A stretch of DNA of 64,000 nt from contig NC_042998.1 of NCBI RefSeq assembly GCF_006345805.1, forward strand, positions 163,060,001 to 163,124,000, written 5' to 3'. Below the pieces are notes generated by a model. The model saw only the letters and a program-made list of their open reading frames with translations, was not told the origin of the DNA and did no database searches. Positions 23,102-35,605 of the stretch are shown here, one piece after another. Position 1 is the stretch's first letter. Each line of letters opens with the position of its first letter. The DNA comes from Octopus sinensis (Eukaryota). Position numbers and translations under genes: made by a program.

Positions 23102-25662
23102 ACATCGTTATGTTTTTGTTGAGAAGTGTAAAGAAGAGTTCCAGGTAAGGGGAGGTAATAAGTGAACTCTTCTTTATATATATATCTTTCCCCATGTGTC
23201 TGTCTGTGTATGTGTATATATTATATATATATATATGCATGTGTTCTGATACATAAATGTTATATGTATGCATTATACATTCAGGCATATGTATGTAATT
23301 GTAAATACATGTGTATGCACACATGTCATTGCATGTGTGTATCTGTTTGACTTAACATATGTATATGTACATAAGCATATGCTTGTATATTTATTCTTAT
23401 GTATGCATACTTATTACAAGCTTAATTTCTAGAATATTTTGCATATTTTCATTCCATTGATTGGCTTTTAATTGAAATTCCTTTATTAAGCATGTACTTT
23501 ATGGCTGTGTGACGACCAGCTTCTCAACATTAGTCTCCAGTATAAAACTTCAGACGTAATCAGAAATTTCTCATTAGCTCAGCATGTATATTTTATTTTT
23601 ATTTTATCTTCAACATATGTTAAGGTCTGTGGAACAATTGGTTTCTACCACTAAATATGCTTTCTTTGCTTTTGTCACAGATCATTATGTCTGGTCTGTT
23701 TTGTTTGCATTTTAGAGGTTTTTAACAAAAAACATTCCACAAATATTCTTTTATATAATGAACGAGCATGCCCTCTACGTTACTGCAACTTCTTATATTT
23801 TTATCTTCAAAACTACCCTTTCTGCAGATAGCATTGAATATTGTTTTGGCCACAATATCATGCCTCATGAACAAATAGTGGCATTTTTGGACAACTGCTA
23901 ATGAGGATGTTTTTTTACCTCTTTGGTGTAAATTCCAGAGAGTCTACATCAGTCAGCATATCTCAATATTTTACATGCATACCTTTCTTTTCTATACATC
24001 AGATAATTTGTTATTTCCTATTCCTGAGTTGCAAATGTATCATTCCCTTCAAAATGAGAGCTAATGTAGATCTAAGGAACACTTGTCTGTAGATTGATCT
24101 ATTACTCATAAATTTTGATAAACTACTCTGTTATCTATATACTGCCTCCCTGATGTTCTTACATCATGGCTATGCTTGATCTTCTAATGATTAAGGTAAA
24201 GCTTTTCATCTAATGCTCTTTCACTACAGAGCTGTAACTTCTCTGCATGTGTATCCTTCATCATCAGTTAAGCAATAGTTTCATAGTGTTATTTGCCTTT
24301 GTATGCCAATTTGATCCATGAATCAGTGGATCTTTTACATGCATGACATTAGAATATTGTTTGAATCAGTACTGAGCCTCTACCTTCTATTTTCTTTCTT
24401 TTTTTTTTAGTTAGATGCACTCAGTATCACTAATGCTGTTGAAATTTCTAGTGGTGTTTAATAGTTTACAGCAGTGGCTCAGGTCTCATAGATTAACAAC
24501 AGATCTCATAGTTTAACAACAGTGGCTCAAATCTCATCTAGCTTTCTATCAAGTTGCCCAAATATTGGTATGAGTACTAGTACAGTAAAAGTCGAGCTGG
24601 CACAAACATTAGGGCATCGAGCGAAATGCTTAGCTGTGTTTCATCTGCCATTACGTTCTGAGTTCAAATTCTGCCGAGGTCGACTTTGCCTTTCATCCTT
24701 TCGGGGTCGATAAATTAAGTACAAATTATGCACTGGGGTCGATGTAATTGACTTAATCCCTTTGTCTATCCTTCTTTGTCCACTCTATGTTTAGCCCCTT
24801 GTGGGCAATAAAGAAATAAAAAATTTACCTTAGAACCATACTTTTATTCAAGCATTACATTTCCTGTTACAAATGCCATCAGAGGATAAGGTTTTCATCC
24901 ATCAGAGAATTAGATCATTAACAAACATGTTGCTTGAGTGGTTTTTAGTTTTCACTTAATGCACTAACTCCATTTCTGTTTCATTTTAGAATGTCGTAAT
25001 CATGTGAAGATTCATCTTCATGCCATTCATAGTTTTTCTTTTTAAATTGGCATTTACTTTTATGCCATTTTCAAAGAAGCTATGTCTCAGTCTGGCATTT
25101 TTCTGTCTCTTTTGCAGGCTAGTTACATACACCAATTTAGGTTTTTCTCAGCAAAGAATAAAAAAAACCCCAGAAAAATTAAGGATTACATTGTGACTAT
25201 AACTAGTGTCTCAGAGAAGCTTTCTCCCTAAAATATACCCCTATAATAATTTATCCTCCAGTAACAATGCAACACTTCTTATATTTAATTTCTGGGTGAT
25301 GATTTTGTTTAGCTGTGATGATAATGCAAGGAGTGCATTCAGATGAGCCATATAGATTTTTAATTAAATTCTGGCCTGAAATTAGTCTGTAGTTTTTCAC
25401 CATGTAAGTGGCTTTTTAATTAATTAAGCTATTATTATTTTATTTATTTATTTGCTTACTTTTTGCTTATTTATTTTGTATCATGATTGTTTCTACCAAT
25501 ATCAGCCAGCTCTGTAAATTCATATCACCATTCCATGGTTGCTGGTAAAAGTCAATAAAATAACCTGTGATAAAAGTTTACTTCTTGCATAAGTAGCCAA
25601 TATTGAAATCTCTTCCTGGTGCGTTTTCTATTACTGTATCAAAGTATTTTGCATTTATGTAT

Positions 25663-25882
25663 TACTCTTTTACTTGTTTCAGTCATTTGACTGCAGCCAT
25701 GCTGGAGCACTGCCTTTAGTCGAGCAAATCGACTCCAAGACTTATTCTTTGTAAGCCTAGTGCTTATTCTATCGGTCTCTTTTGCCGAACCGCAAAGTGC
25801 TTCCTCCGCTAAGTTATGAGGATGTAAACACACCAGCATTGGTTGTCAAGCGACACACAAACACACACATGCACACAAACAT

Positions 25883-25956
<74 letters not shown>

Positions 25957-26186
25957 TATGATTGATTCTTGATTGATTCTAGTTTCAGCTCATGAGCTGT
26001 GGCCATGCTGGGGCACCGCCCAATATATGATGGGCTTCTTTTCAGTTTCCATCTACCAAATCTATTCACAAGGCTTTGGTTGGCCTGAGCTTATAGTAGA
26101 AGACACTTGCCCAAGGTTCCACACAGTGAGACTGAACCTGGAACCATGTGGTTGGTAAGCAAGCTACTTACCATATGTCCACTCCT
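25663..26186 (-). mobile_element. SINE family A, full length, with an internal (TA/TG)n tract
   Basis: tRNA-like head (A-box tggctgtgtgg-like, B-box gttcagt-like) and 3' body ending gaaacaagtaaaagagt. Confidence 0.85.
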
Positions 26187-26987
26187 GAAACTATAATGAA
26201 GAAAAATGCTTCTTTCTGATTTCTTTTAGCCACATTGTAGTCTCATTAAACACCTTTTTCTCTCAAGTATTTTTTTCTAGAATAAATCCATATCTTCCTA
26301 AGAAGGGGTTTCTGTGACTTTTACAGACTGTCTCCTTATTTGATTGATTTCAACTGAACTTTTTATTTATTATTTTTCTTCTGATGACAGAGATTTTCAT
26401 AAGTAGTAGTAAACTCCTGTTTGAAGGTCATCAATTTGTATTCAAATGTTCTGTTTTTATTATCTCTTAATATATTTTTGTTTTTTTTGTTTTTCTGTTT
26501 TTCCATTTTCATTTGCATCTGATAAATATCATCACATAACTTATAGTTTTCAAAGGATCAATGATTTACCCCAGTTTTCTAAAATCCATAAAAGTATTTT
26601 TCTATTCATTGCTTTTATTTTAAGATATTACCACCTGATTGTGAAAAGGGCATGTAAGCATGCATTTATTTGCCAGAATTAAGAAATAATTCCCTGTCTA
26701 TATTGTTAATAACAGTCACCGTCATTTCAATAGATTTCTTATGAATATTTGTCATATATTACCTGTCCCATAGTAATCTAATTAATCTAATTCTTTCTTG
26801 GAATGTTTCATTGAGAACATATTTCAATCATTCATATTTCAGCCCTACTGTGAGGCAACATAGGACTAATAGAAATTTGGCCTTTTATTATATGTGACGT
26901 CTTCCCTGCTATTGGCATGTGTATTTTAGGACTATGTTTGTATGCTGTTATTTCTGTAATAAGCTCACCTTTGTGAAGCTTGTTCCA

Positions 26988-27031
<44 letters not shown>

Positions 27032-27043
27032 TTATTCATATTT

Positions 27044-27783
27044 ATTATAGATATAAGGTAAAGAATTATCAATTTAATAATTAACAAATTTTACCAAGTA
27101 GCTTCGGTGTGGAGAAAAACCATTATCAGTAACAACTTATTCAAAAAGTTTTTTATAATTATAAATATAATTAAGGGTTTAGCAAAAAGTTGCTCCACCA
27201 CATACTGAAAATTTAGAAATAGCAGTCAAAACAGCTAATTCTTCTAACTACAATATAACTCCACAGACAGCAATACTCGTAACTCACATAGGCAAAAAGA
27301 AGAAAAAATAAAGAAATCAACCAGTCTTCAATTAATCAGGTACATGTTTCGGGATTAGAATTGTAAAATTCATTTCCTTCATCAGCATGATATTTCAGGA
27401 TTATAAATTTGAAAATGCTGAACCTACCCTTTGCATCTTTGATCAAGCGACATCAAAACATAACATAAGATAAACAACATTTCCAAATTTTTATAGATGA
27501 GTAATTTCGTATCCTTCCCTCCAGATTACCGTGTGCATCACAAGTTAGTACTGCAGAAAAAAACTGCAGTTTGCTATCAGGGAGTGAAATTTTCATTATA
27601 GATATAGGGTAAAGAATTATTAATTTAATAATTAATATATTTTACCAAGTAGCTTCGGTATGGAAGAAAACCATTATTGGTAAAAACTTATACAAATTTT
27701 TTATAATTATAAATATAATTAAGGGTTTAGCAAAAAGTTGCTTCACCACATACAAAAAATTTAGAAATAGCAGTCAAAACAGA
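27044..27783. mobile_element. Two ~190-bp direct repeats (27044-27236, 27596-27783) enclosing a unique segment with an HHR
   Basis: Visible near-identity of the two repeats; same family at 31160-31285 and 50515-50769. Confidence 0.7.
27335..27391 (-). ncRNA. Type I hammerhead ribozyme, core intact
   Basis: AUCAUG-CUGAUGA-A-GGA..GAAUU(UUAC)AAUUC..UCCC-GAA-ACAUGU-A-CCUGAU. Confidence 0.75.
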
Positions 27784-27842
27784 AGCTCATTATATATATA
27801 TATGTATATATATATACATACATATACATATATGTATATATT

Positions 27843-28050
27843 TCTGTGTCTGTGCTTATCCCCCACCCCACCATCACTTGACAACTGATGCTGGTGTGTT
27901 TACATCCCTGTAACTTAACAGTTCAGCAAAAGTGACCGATAGAATAAGTACTAGGCTTACAAAGGATAAGTCCTGGGGTCAATTTGTTTGGATAAAGGTG
28001 GAGCTCCAGCATGGCCACAGTCAAATGTCTGAAACAAATAATAGAATAGA
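27843..28050 (+). mobile_element. SINE family A, 3' half
   Basis: Matches the family A body. Confidence 0.8.
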
Positions 28051-28112
28051 AGAATAAAAAGTCAACCACTTTAATCACTTTGCACACCTTCCTTCTAAAT
28101 TGCTGACCTTCT

Positions 28113-28589
28113 GCCAAAATTTGAAGCAATTATTTTTACAAAGCAGTGAACTGGTAGAATGGTTATCAAGTTGAACAAAATTCTTAGTGGCATTTATTCT
28201 GGCTCTTTACATTCTGAGTTCAAACCTCATGAAGGCCAATTTTGCCTTTTTTATTTCAGGGTCAATAAAATAAAGTACCAGTTGAACACGGGTCAGTGAA
28301 ATCGACTTTCCTCCTCTCCCTAAAATTGCAGGCATTTGTAGGCCAAAATTTGAAGCAATTATTTTTACAAAGCAGTGAACTGGTAGAATGGTTATCAAGT
28401 TGAACAAAATTCTTAGTGGCATTTATTCTGGCTCTTTACATTCTGAGTTCAAACCTCATGAAGGCCAATTTTGCCTTTTTTATTTCAGGGTCAATAAAAT
28501 AAAGTACCAGTTGAACACGGGTCAGTGAAATCGACTTTCCTCCTCTCCCTAAAATTGCAGGCATTTGTAGGCCAAAATTTGAAGCAATT
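28113..28589 (+). repeat. Exact 229-bp tandem duplication of a decayed family B SINE
   Basis: gccaaaatttgaagcaatt at 28113, 28342 and 28571; intervening units identical by eye. Confidence 0.9.
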
Positions 28590-28997
28590 TATAATTTCCT
28601 ACATTTAGTTTCCTCCCTTTACTTTCTGAGTTCAAATTCCATTGAGATTAACTTTGCTTTTCATCCTTCCAGGGTTCATAAAATGAGATACCCGTCAGTT
28701 ACTGAGGACGCTGTTTAGTTAACTATATCCCTCAGCCTAAATTTGTGCCTTTTTTGTCAAAGTAAGAAATGATTATTTTGTGTAACACATCTTTATTATC
28801 AATGTCATCATCATCATCTTCAACACTGAAGATTCCATGGTCCTCTATTGTCATGATGATATTAATTATGATGATGATAATGGTGAACATTATAGTGATG
28901 GTGACGAAGAGGAAGAGGAATTCCATTTTAATAATCTCTATTTTGATAATTATCATTGTTGTTATCACCATAAGTGATATCATTATCTTAATCCTTA

Positions 28998-28998
<1 letters not shown>

Positions 28999-29028
<30 letters not shown>

Positions 29029-29057
29029 CTTCTTCTTCTTCTTCTTCTTCTTCTTCT
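28999..29057. repeat. (CTT)n microsatellite
   Basis: Directly visible. Confidence 0.95.
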
Positions 29058-29552
29058 TTATTTTTATCTTACCTTCTCCCTTGATCTTTTCACACACACA
29101 CACACACATACACGCGCGTGCGCATTAACACACATCCTGATAGCTGTGGGACCAAAGATTTGGTGAGTTATACTTGAAAACACATCGACAGAAATTGGGA
29201 GATTTATGAAGTGACTCTCTTGCTTCACTAGACCTGCCAGCCTGCCTACCTGCCTGCCAGTTTATCTGGCCATCTTGGCCTTTCATCAACCAACACACAC
29301 ACCACCATTACCACCACACTAACCACTTACATGGCTACATGGTTCATAAGACTACATCTCACTATTTCAGTACACTGGACTTAGACATCAATAATTTATT
29401 AGTGGCACCTTTAGGTGGTCACTTATTTACCTCTATCTCTCTTTCTACTTTTACCTTGCAACTCCCAAAAGTCATTTGAATTAACCAAATGAGAACAAAA
29501 GAGAAAGAGAGATAGATAAAGAGTGTTTCTGCTAGTTTAATTTCAAATACAG

Positions 29553-29553
<1 letters not shown>

Positions 29554-29633
<80 letters not shown>

Positions 29634-29650
29634 CCTACCTACCTACCTAT

Positions 29651-29732
<82 letters not shown>

Positions 29733-29737
29733 GTCTA

Positions 29738-29771
<34 letters not shown>

Positions 29772-29940
29772 CCTCTCCCTCTCTCTCTATCTATCTATTT
29801 GTCTGTCTATCTATCTCCCCTTTCTGTCTCACTCCATTTCACTCTTCTCTTGCTATATACACATTCATGCACATGCTCGCACACATATGCACACATGTAC
29901 ACATGCACACGCACACAAACACACACAAACACACACACAC

Positions 29941-30002
<62 letters not shown>

Positions 30003-30060
30003 TCATCTGTCTGTCTATCTATCTGTTGTTTATCTGTCTATGTCTTTCTGTCTATCTATC
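29554..30060. repeat. (ATCT)n/(GTCT)n tetranucleotide arrays
   Basis: Directly visible. Confidence 0.95.
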
Positions 30061-30660
30061 CATCTGTCTGTCTTTCTGTTGTTTATCTGTCTGTCTACCG
30101 ACCCAACTGTCTGTCTATCTCTATTATTTCTCTTGCTCAGCTGATAACAATAATCGTTTGATAACATTAAGCAAATCATAAGTTTGGGACCCACTTATTC
30201 TGGTTACACTAACATGGTTATAACATTACCCATTATCATAACAAGCAGCCTTCACCCTCCTCTATTCACACACACACACCCATACAGCTATTGTTCTGTC
30301 GATATAAATTGATAGATTTATCCCTCTGAGTCTCACTCAACACATATTCCACCCACCCAACCATCACCTCCTTCTCTCTCCACCCTTCTCAGATATTCAT
30401 CTCACACTCATCTTCATCTTGGAGAAATACTCATCCTCCACTCTCAGCAGTATGTTTCTTATACAGTCGTTCATTTTTCTCTTCAAACACCTAGCTCTCC
30501 TCTTCCCCTTACTCTCTTTTTCTTTCTTGCCCACTTTGTTTCTTTTTTCCTCTCTCTCTCTCTCTTCCTCATCATAAATCTTAGCTGATTTTCTTGTATT
30601 TTCTACCTGTTCATTTATCTCTGCATACCTGCATGCCTGGCACCTGTGTGTGTGTGTGTG

Positions 30661-31000
30661 AAGGCACATGACTCAGTGGTTAGAGCATCGGGTTCACAAT
30701 CATGAGGTAGTGAGTTCAATTCCCAGTCCAGTCTGTGTGTTGTGTTCTTGTGTAAAACACCTAATTTCACATTACTCCACTTCACTCAACTGTAGAAATG
30801 AGTTGCAATGCCACTGGTGCCAAGCTGTATCAGCACTTGCCTTTCCCTTGGACAACATTGGTGGTGTTGAGAGGGGAGGCTGGTATGCATGGGCAACTGC
30901 CGGTCTTCCATAAACAACCTTGCCCAGACTTGTGCCTCAGAGGGTAACTTTCTAAGTGCAAGTCCATGGTCATTCGTAACTAAAGAAGGTCTTTACCCTT
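30661..31000 (+). mobile_element. tRNA-derived SINE family C, full length
   Basis: aaggcacatgactcagtggttagagc...gagttcaattccc head; matches 13790-14110. Confidence 0.8.
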
Positions 31001-31276
31001 TACTCTTTTATATGATAGAATGGAAATGTGGTTTTTGCATTTTTCATATCTATCTAACTCAGAAACATGTCCACAGTTAATCAAATGCCAGGTGAATTCG
31101 TTGTTTTTTTCTCTTTGCCTACATGGATTGTTTTGGAGTATATGTTATCTGGGAGATTTTCTTATAGTAGAGAAATAGCTAATTTTTTGGCTGCTATTTC
31201 TAAATTTTGGTATGTGGTGAAGCAAATTTTTTTTTGCTAAACCCTAATTATAATTATACATATAATTATAAAAATT

Positions 31277-31309
<33 letters not shown>

Positions 31310-31314
<5 letters not shown>

Positions 31315-31475
31315 ATCCAAACATGAAAACACAAAGAGAAAACACAACAATGCGAGGACGTGGAACAGATATAGTATTGTTGGACGCTCAGGGAAGAAGG
31401 AGGGTTTAACGTTTCGAGTGGAGCGCTTCGTCGGAAACATAGGAGAAAGGAAGACAGGGGAAAAAAAAATCGCCG
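31310..31475 (-). mobile_element. Solo PLE-type terminal repeat with degenerate HHR (31404-31438, U4C)
   Basis: GUUU-CCGACGA-A-GCG(CUCCA)CUC-GAA-ACGU-U-AAAC; same family as 8272-8468. Confidence 0.75.
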
Positions 31476-31507
31476 TGTGTGTGTGTGTCTGTATGTATGT
31501 GTATTCA

Positions 31508-31725
31508 CAAGGGGATGCTGAAAAGTTCCTGGCTTTGGTTAAAAGTATATACAAGTGGACCAGTTAATTATCATTTTATTCATCATATTCTCCTCTCAGA
31601 TTCACATACTTATTGCAGCATTCCTTTAGTATTGTCTAAGCCCTATAAAAGAACTCAGAAGCTTGGGCCTCCAACCAGGCTTTTCACGGTACCCTTAAAG
31701 CCAGGAACTTTTCAACACCCCCTTG
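31508..31725. mobile_element. Mariner-type MITE
   Basis: TIRs caaggggatgctgaaaagttcctggcttt / aaagccaggaacttttcaacacccccttg, followed by TA. Confidence 0.8.
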
Positions 31726-32088
31726 TATATGTAATATAGGGAGTTGAAAAACTCCATCTGTCTGAGGTTATCAATGCAATTAGTATACAAAAATTCTGTC
31801 CAAAAGTGTTTAAAACCTAAAAACAATGACCATTAATTGATTAAGCCTTTAGTATTCAAATTAGCCTGTCAAATTTTTTTATTCTTTTACCTGTTTCAGT
31901 CGTTCAACTGTGGCCATAATGGAGCACCACCCAGAAAGGTTTTAGCCAAACAAATCAACTCCAGGACTTTTGTTTTTAAGCCTGGTATTTTTTGTCAGTC
32001 TCTTTTGATGAACCACAAGGTTATGGGGATCTAAACACGCTAACACCGGTTTTCAGGTGCTGATGGTGGGGACAAACACAGATGCAAA

Positions 32089-32178
<90 letters not shown>

Positions 32179-32183
32179 CATAC

Positions 32184-32227
<44 letters not shown>

Positions 32228-32232
<5 letters not shown>

Positions 32233-32760
32233 AATCAAGGAACGGCCATAATAGGCCATTCACCCACTAGAAATAACAGCCAAAAGCTTTAACTGCAAAA
32301 TAACATCAATTCCGTAAACCAGGAGAAAATTAAAAAACATTTACCCTGTAATTTCTTATACGATGCACCGTTTCATCTACTGTTTAATGGTAAACTAACC
32401 TGATTAAATTAAATCAAGCCAATCTACCATAGGCCCTTAGATTCATCAGTAAGAAAGAGAGGGAAATGTATCTTAGTTGTCTTTTTATTTATTTATTTAT
32501 TTGTAAATTTTATATCATTTTTTTTCTTTTTTTTTTTTTTCATGAATCTAAGGGCCTATGGTAGATTGGCTTGATTTAATTTAATCAGGTTAGTTTACCA
32601 TTAAACAGTAGATGAAACGGTGCATCGTATAAGAAATTACAGGGTAAATGTTTTTTAATTTTCTCCTGGTTTACGGAATTGATGTTATTTTGCGGTTAAA
32701 GCTTTTGGCTGTTATTTCTAGTGGGTGAATGGCCTATTATGGCCGTTCCTTGATTGTGAT
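32228..32760. repeat. Fold-back: 219-bp inverted arms (32228-32446 and 32542-32760) with a 95-bp spacer
   Basis: Arms reverse-complementary with one mismatch found (ctttaactgc vs ctttaaccgc). Confidence 0.95.
32353..32455 (-). ncRNA. Fully intact type I hammerhead ribozyme with extended stem II
   Basis: UUCUUA-CUGAUGA-AUCUA[internal loop + 19-bp hairpin]UAGAU-GAA-ACG(GUGCAU)CGU-A-UAAGAA. Confidence 0.85.
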
Positions 32761-33329
32761 GTTGAACTTAAAAATGGTCTATGACTATTTAATTTTTTCC
32801 CACTAGGCCGCTGGTGGCAAAAAAATTCTACAAACTTTTTTTTGCCACCCTATATTGATTAATTAGAAATATATATATATATACATATAAACAAACATGC
32901 ACCTAACAGGCTTCTTTCAGCTTCCATCTATCAACTCCACTCACAAGGTTTTGGTCAGTCTGAGACTATAGTAAAAGACACTTGTCCAAGATGCCACACA
33001 GTGGGAGTGAATCCAGAACCATATGGTAAGGAAGCAACCTTTTTACCATAGAGCCATGCCTGCCCATATAAACGTAAAGTTCATTTGTTTTGAATTAATG
33101 AAACATTATCTTGTAGCTTCAAAACTTTTTGATGTGATTGTTTATTTTAAAAATGACATTGTAGGATAGGTGAGGGAGAGGCAGAGTCTGGCCAGTTTGA
33201 GTGTAATATAGGTAGAATATTTAGGTCAGATATGACCAGTTTAAACACTAAAGAGTTAAAGATTAAATTGGCGAACATTGACTATAACTGTCTAAATATT
33301 TTGATCAACAGATTTTATTGTAGTTATCT

Positions 33330-33790
33330 CAACTGATTGTTGCTTTTAGACTTTAAGTTCTCATTGAAGAAGCTTTATCAAGTTCTGGGAGAAGAAAGAT
33401 AAAGTTTAGTGGCTAATGCAGCACCTGGTGTTTGGACACAACAGGGGAGATGAGGGGAAGAGAAATGAATGAGTTAGGGGTGCCTGAGTAGAAACAGCAT
33501 GAGATCATCCAGTGCCGAAAAGGAGAGGTCATTTCAGTAGTGGTAGAAAAAAGTAGAGATAGAAGAGACAGCATGAGTGACCTTTCTCTGGGTGTGGTCA
33601 AGGATGTTTGTTTTTGCAGTGGGAGGGCTGTCTCAGATGTGGAGAACAGTATTCCTTTATGGACCCTAATTATTGAGGGATGCCGTATGTGTTTGCACTG
33701 AAGATGTGATGCTTTATATAACCAAAGTTTTAATTCTAGGCATCTTTTTTGTCTCAAATCATTCTTGTAACGGATAATATTATTTTATAT
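33330..33790 (-). mobile_element. CR1/Jockey-type LINE 3' fragment, very degenerate
   Basis: LWLYKAS..; HAVSSISTFFYHY-like block; resembles the better preserved copy at 44950-45345. Confidence 0.45.
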
Positions 33791-35495
33791 TAAATATTTT
33801 GGGAAAGAATACAACAGCAAAAGACTGAAAATAAAATAAATGGGAGAGTACATAGTCAGCTATACATGTGGATCACTGTCAACCCACCCCCACCATAACC
33901 ACTACCCCATCCCCACCACTAGTATCTTGGCCAGCACTATAAATGCCCTTCTTAATCCCCTCTCCTCAAACCATTACGATCATCACAAGTAATTACATCA
34001 TTTGCTACAGCATCTCACTAGATATTGAATGGAGAAAGAGAGGGAAATGTATCTTAGTTGTCTTTTTATTTATTTATTTATTTGTATATTTTATATCATT
34101 TTTTTTCTTTTTCTTTTTTTTTTTTTTTTCATATGGATCTAACATACACCTCCGACCTCCCACCTTTGGTAATGGGATGTGAAAACACCAATCATTGTTA
34201 TTGGACAGACTCTGAATAGCCAGTTTAAACTCCTTGTCTCAAAATGGCTGCTAAAACACAGCTCAGAGAATAAAAGATCATCTATAATAAGCTCCCCAGC
34301 TACGCCTCCCTCTGTCTCTCTCTCAGTCACTCTCTCCTTCTCCCTCTCTTGTTTTTTTTCTTCTTCCTTTCAAAACCTTTTCATCAGCTGAAAGAGACCT
34401 CTATTATAATATAATATAATATAATATTTGATATAAGAACCTGCTGCAGTTCTATTATTCATTGTTAAAGTCCCTCCTCTTTTGTATTGGCAATGTTCTT
34501 GGCTTTCTTTTTATTTTTGCTTTGTTTTTTTTTTATTTCTCATTCCTTTATTTTTTCATTTATTTATTTCACCTTTTGTTCTTGGATTCCCCTCCTCTGT
34601 TTTTCTTTTTTTGTTCTTTTTCTTTTTGTCTCTTCTCTCCTGTAATCACTGCAAGTATTTGGTTGGTTGATGGTAATAATAAATGGAAGCAGAAATTAGA
34701 GGTTAGTTTTACTAATAATGTGAAGCAATTGGAACATCAGACGATAAGGAACTTGCAAAATAACTCACGTTATATTACACTTCTTGTAATTATCAGCCTG
34801 ATAACATCAATTGCTTTGACTCCATCTTTTGCTAGCCTTGATGTGATAAACGCTGTTTGCCTACCTCCAACGCCTCTTTCTCAATACCGGCACTAATTTC
34901 GTTTTACTTTTTTTCTCTTCATTTTTGCTTGTTTTATTTATGTTTTTCTTTTCATACTCTTTTTTTTCTACATTTTTTCACTCAGTTTTCTCTATATTTT
35001 TCTCTTTCTCTCTCTCTCTTTCTTTGTTTCTCTCAGCTCATCCATCCTTTCTTCGTCTCTTTCTCCATATAGGTTGCTAACTAAATTGAAGCCCCATTCT
35101 CAGTGTTCAAATGCCAATTATTATGAATAGTGGATCAGATAGATATTTTAATTTTATTTTATTTTAATTTCTTTTTTTTAGTAATAATTCGATAAAATCA
35201 CAACATGACACACTGATATATCACCATCATCACTTTTTTGTTTCCTCCTCCTCCTTCTCACTTTTCTTTTTCATCACATCATCATCATGGCCATTGTCAT
35301 TTCCTCTTTTTTGCTTCTTCCCTTCTTTTTCTTCCTCCTCCTACTTCTTCCTCTTCTTCTCTTTCATTCTTTTTCATTCTCCTTAATTCTTTTTAATTTT
35401 TCTTGATTATCTTAATTCTTCCAAATACATTTTCACATTTACTCACTCGCAGCATTTCTCATTTCTCACTCCTATTATCATTATTATTATTATTA

Positions 35496-35527
<32 letters not shown>

Positions 35528-35534
35528 GTTATTG

Positions 35535-35605
<71 letters not shown>

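Larger units (their letters stand above)
31880..33065 (-). mobile_element. SINE family A split at its internal (TA)n by a 640-bp insertion (32228-32868)
   Basis: 3' half at 31880-32227 and 5' half at 32870-33065, same orientation. Confidence 0.75.

Noticed and set aside
23020-23144. Open frame with cag acceptor and gtaagg donor (EECYKFFSYNDIVFEEMTGFAFSFSNFLHRYVFVEKCKEEFQ) as a host exon
   Set aside because: It overlaps the minus-strand HHR island next to (TA)n, and no protein is recognised; a repeat origin explains it better, though exonisation is not excluded.
27090-27140. Minus-strand CUGAUAA-U-GGU...ACC-GAAG motif in the 27044 family (also ~27640 and ~50545) as an HHR
   Set aside because: C3-A8 mismatch, no A15.1, and no register gives both an NUH site and stem I; at most a distant relic.
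34462-34896. 144-aa ORF as a membrane protein exon
   Set aside because: The first half is T-rich low complexity; there are no recognisable motifs or convincing splice sites.
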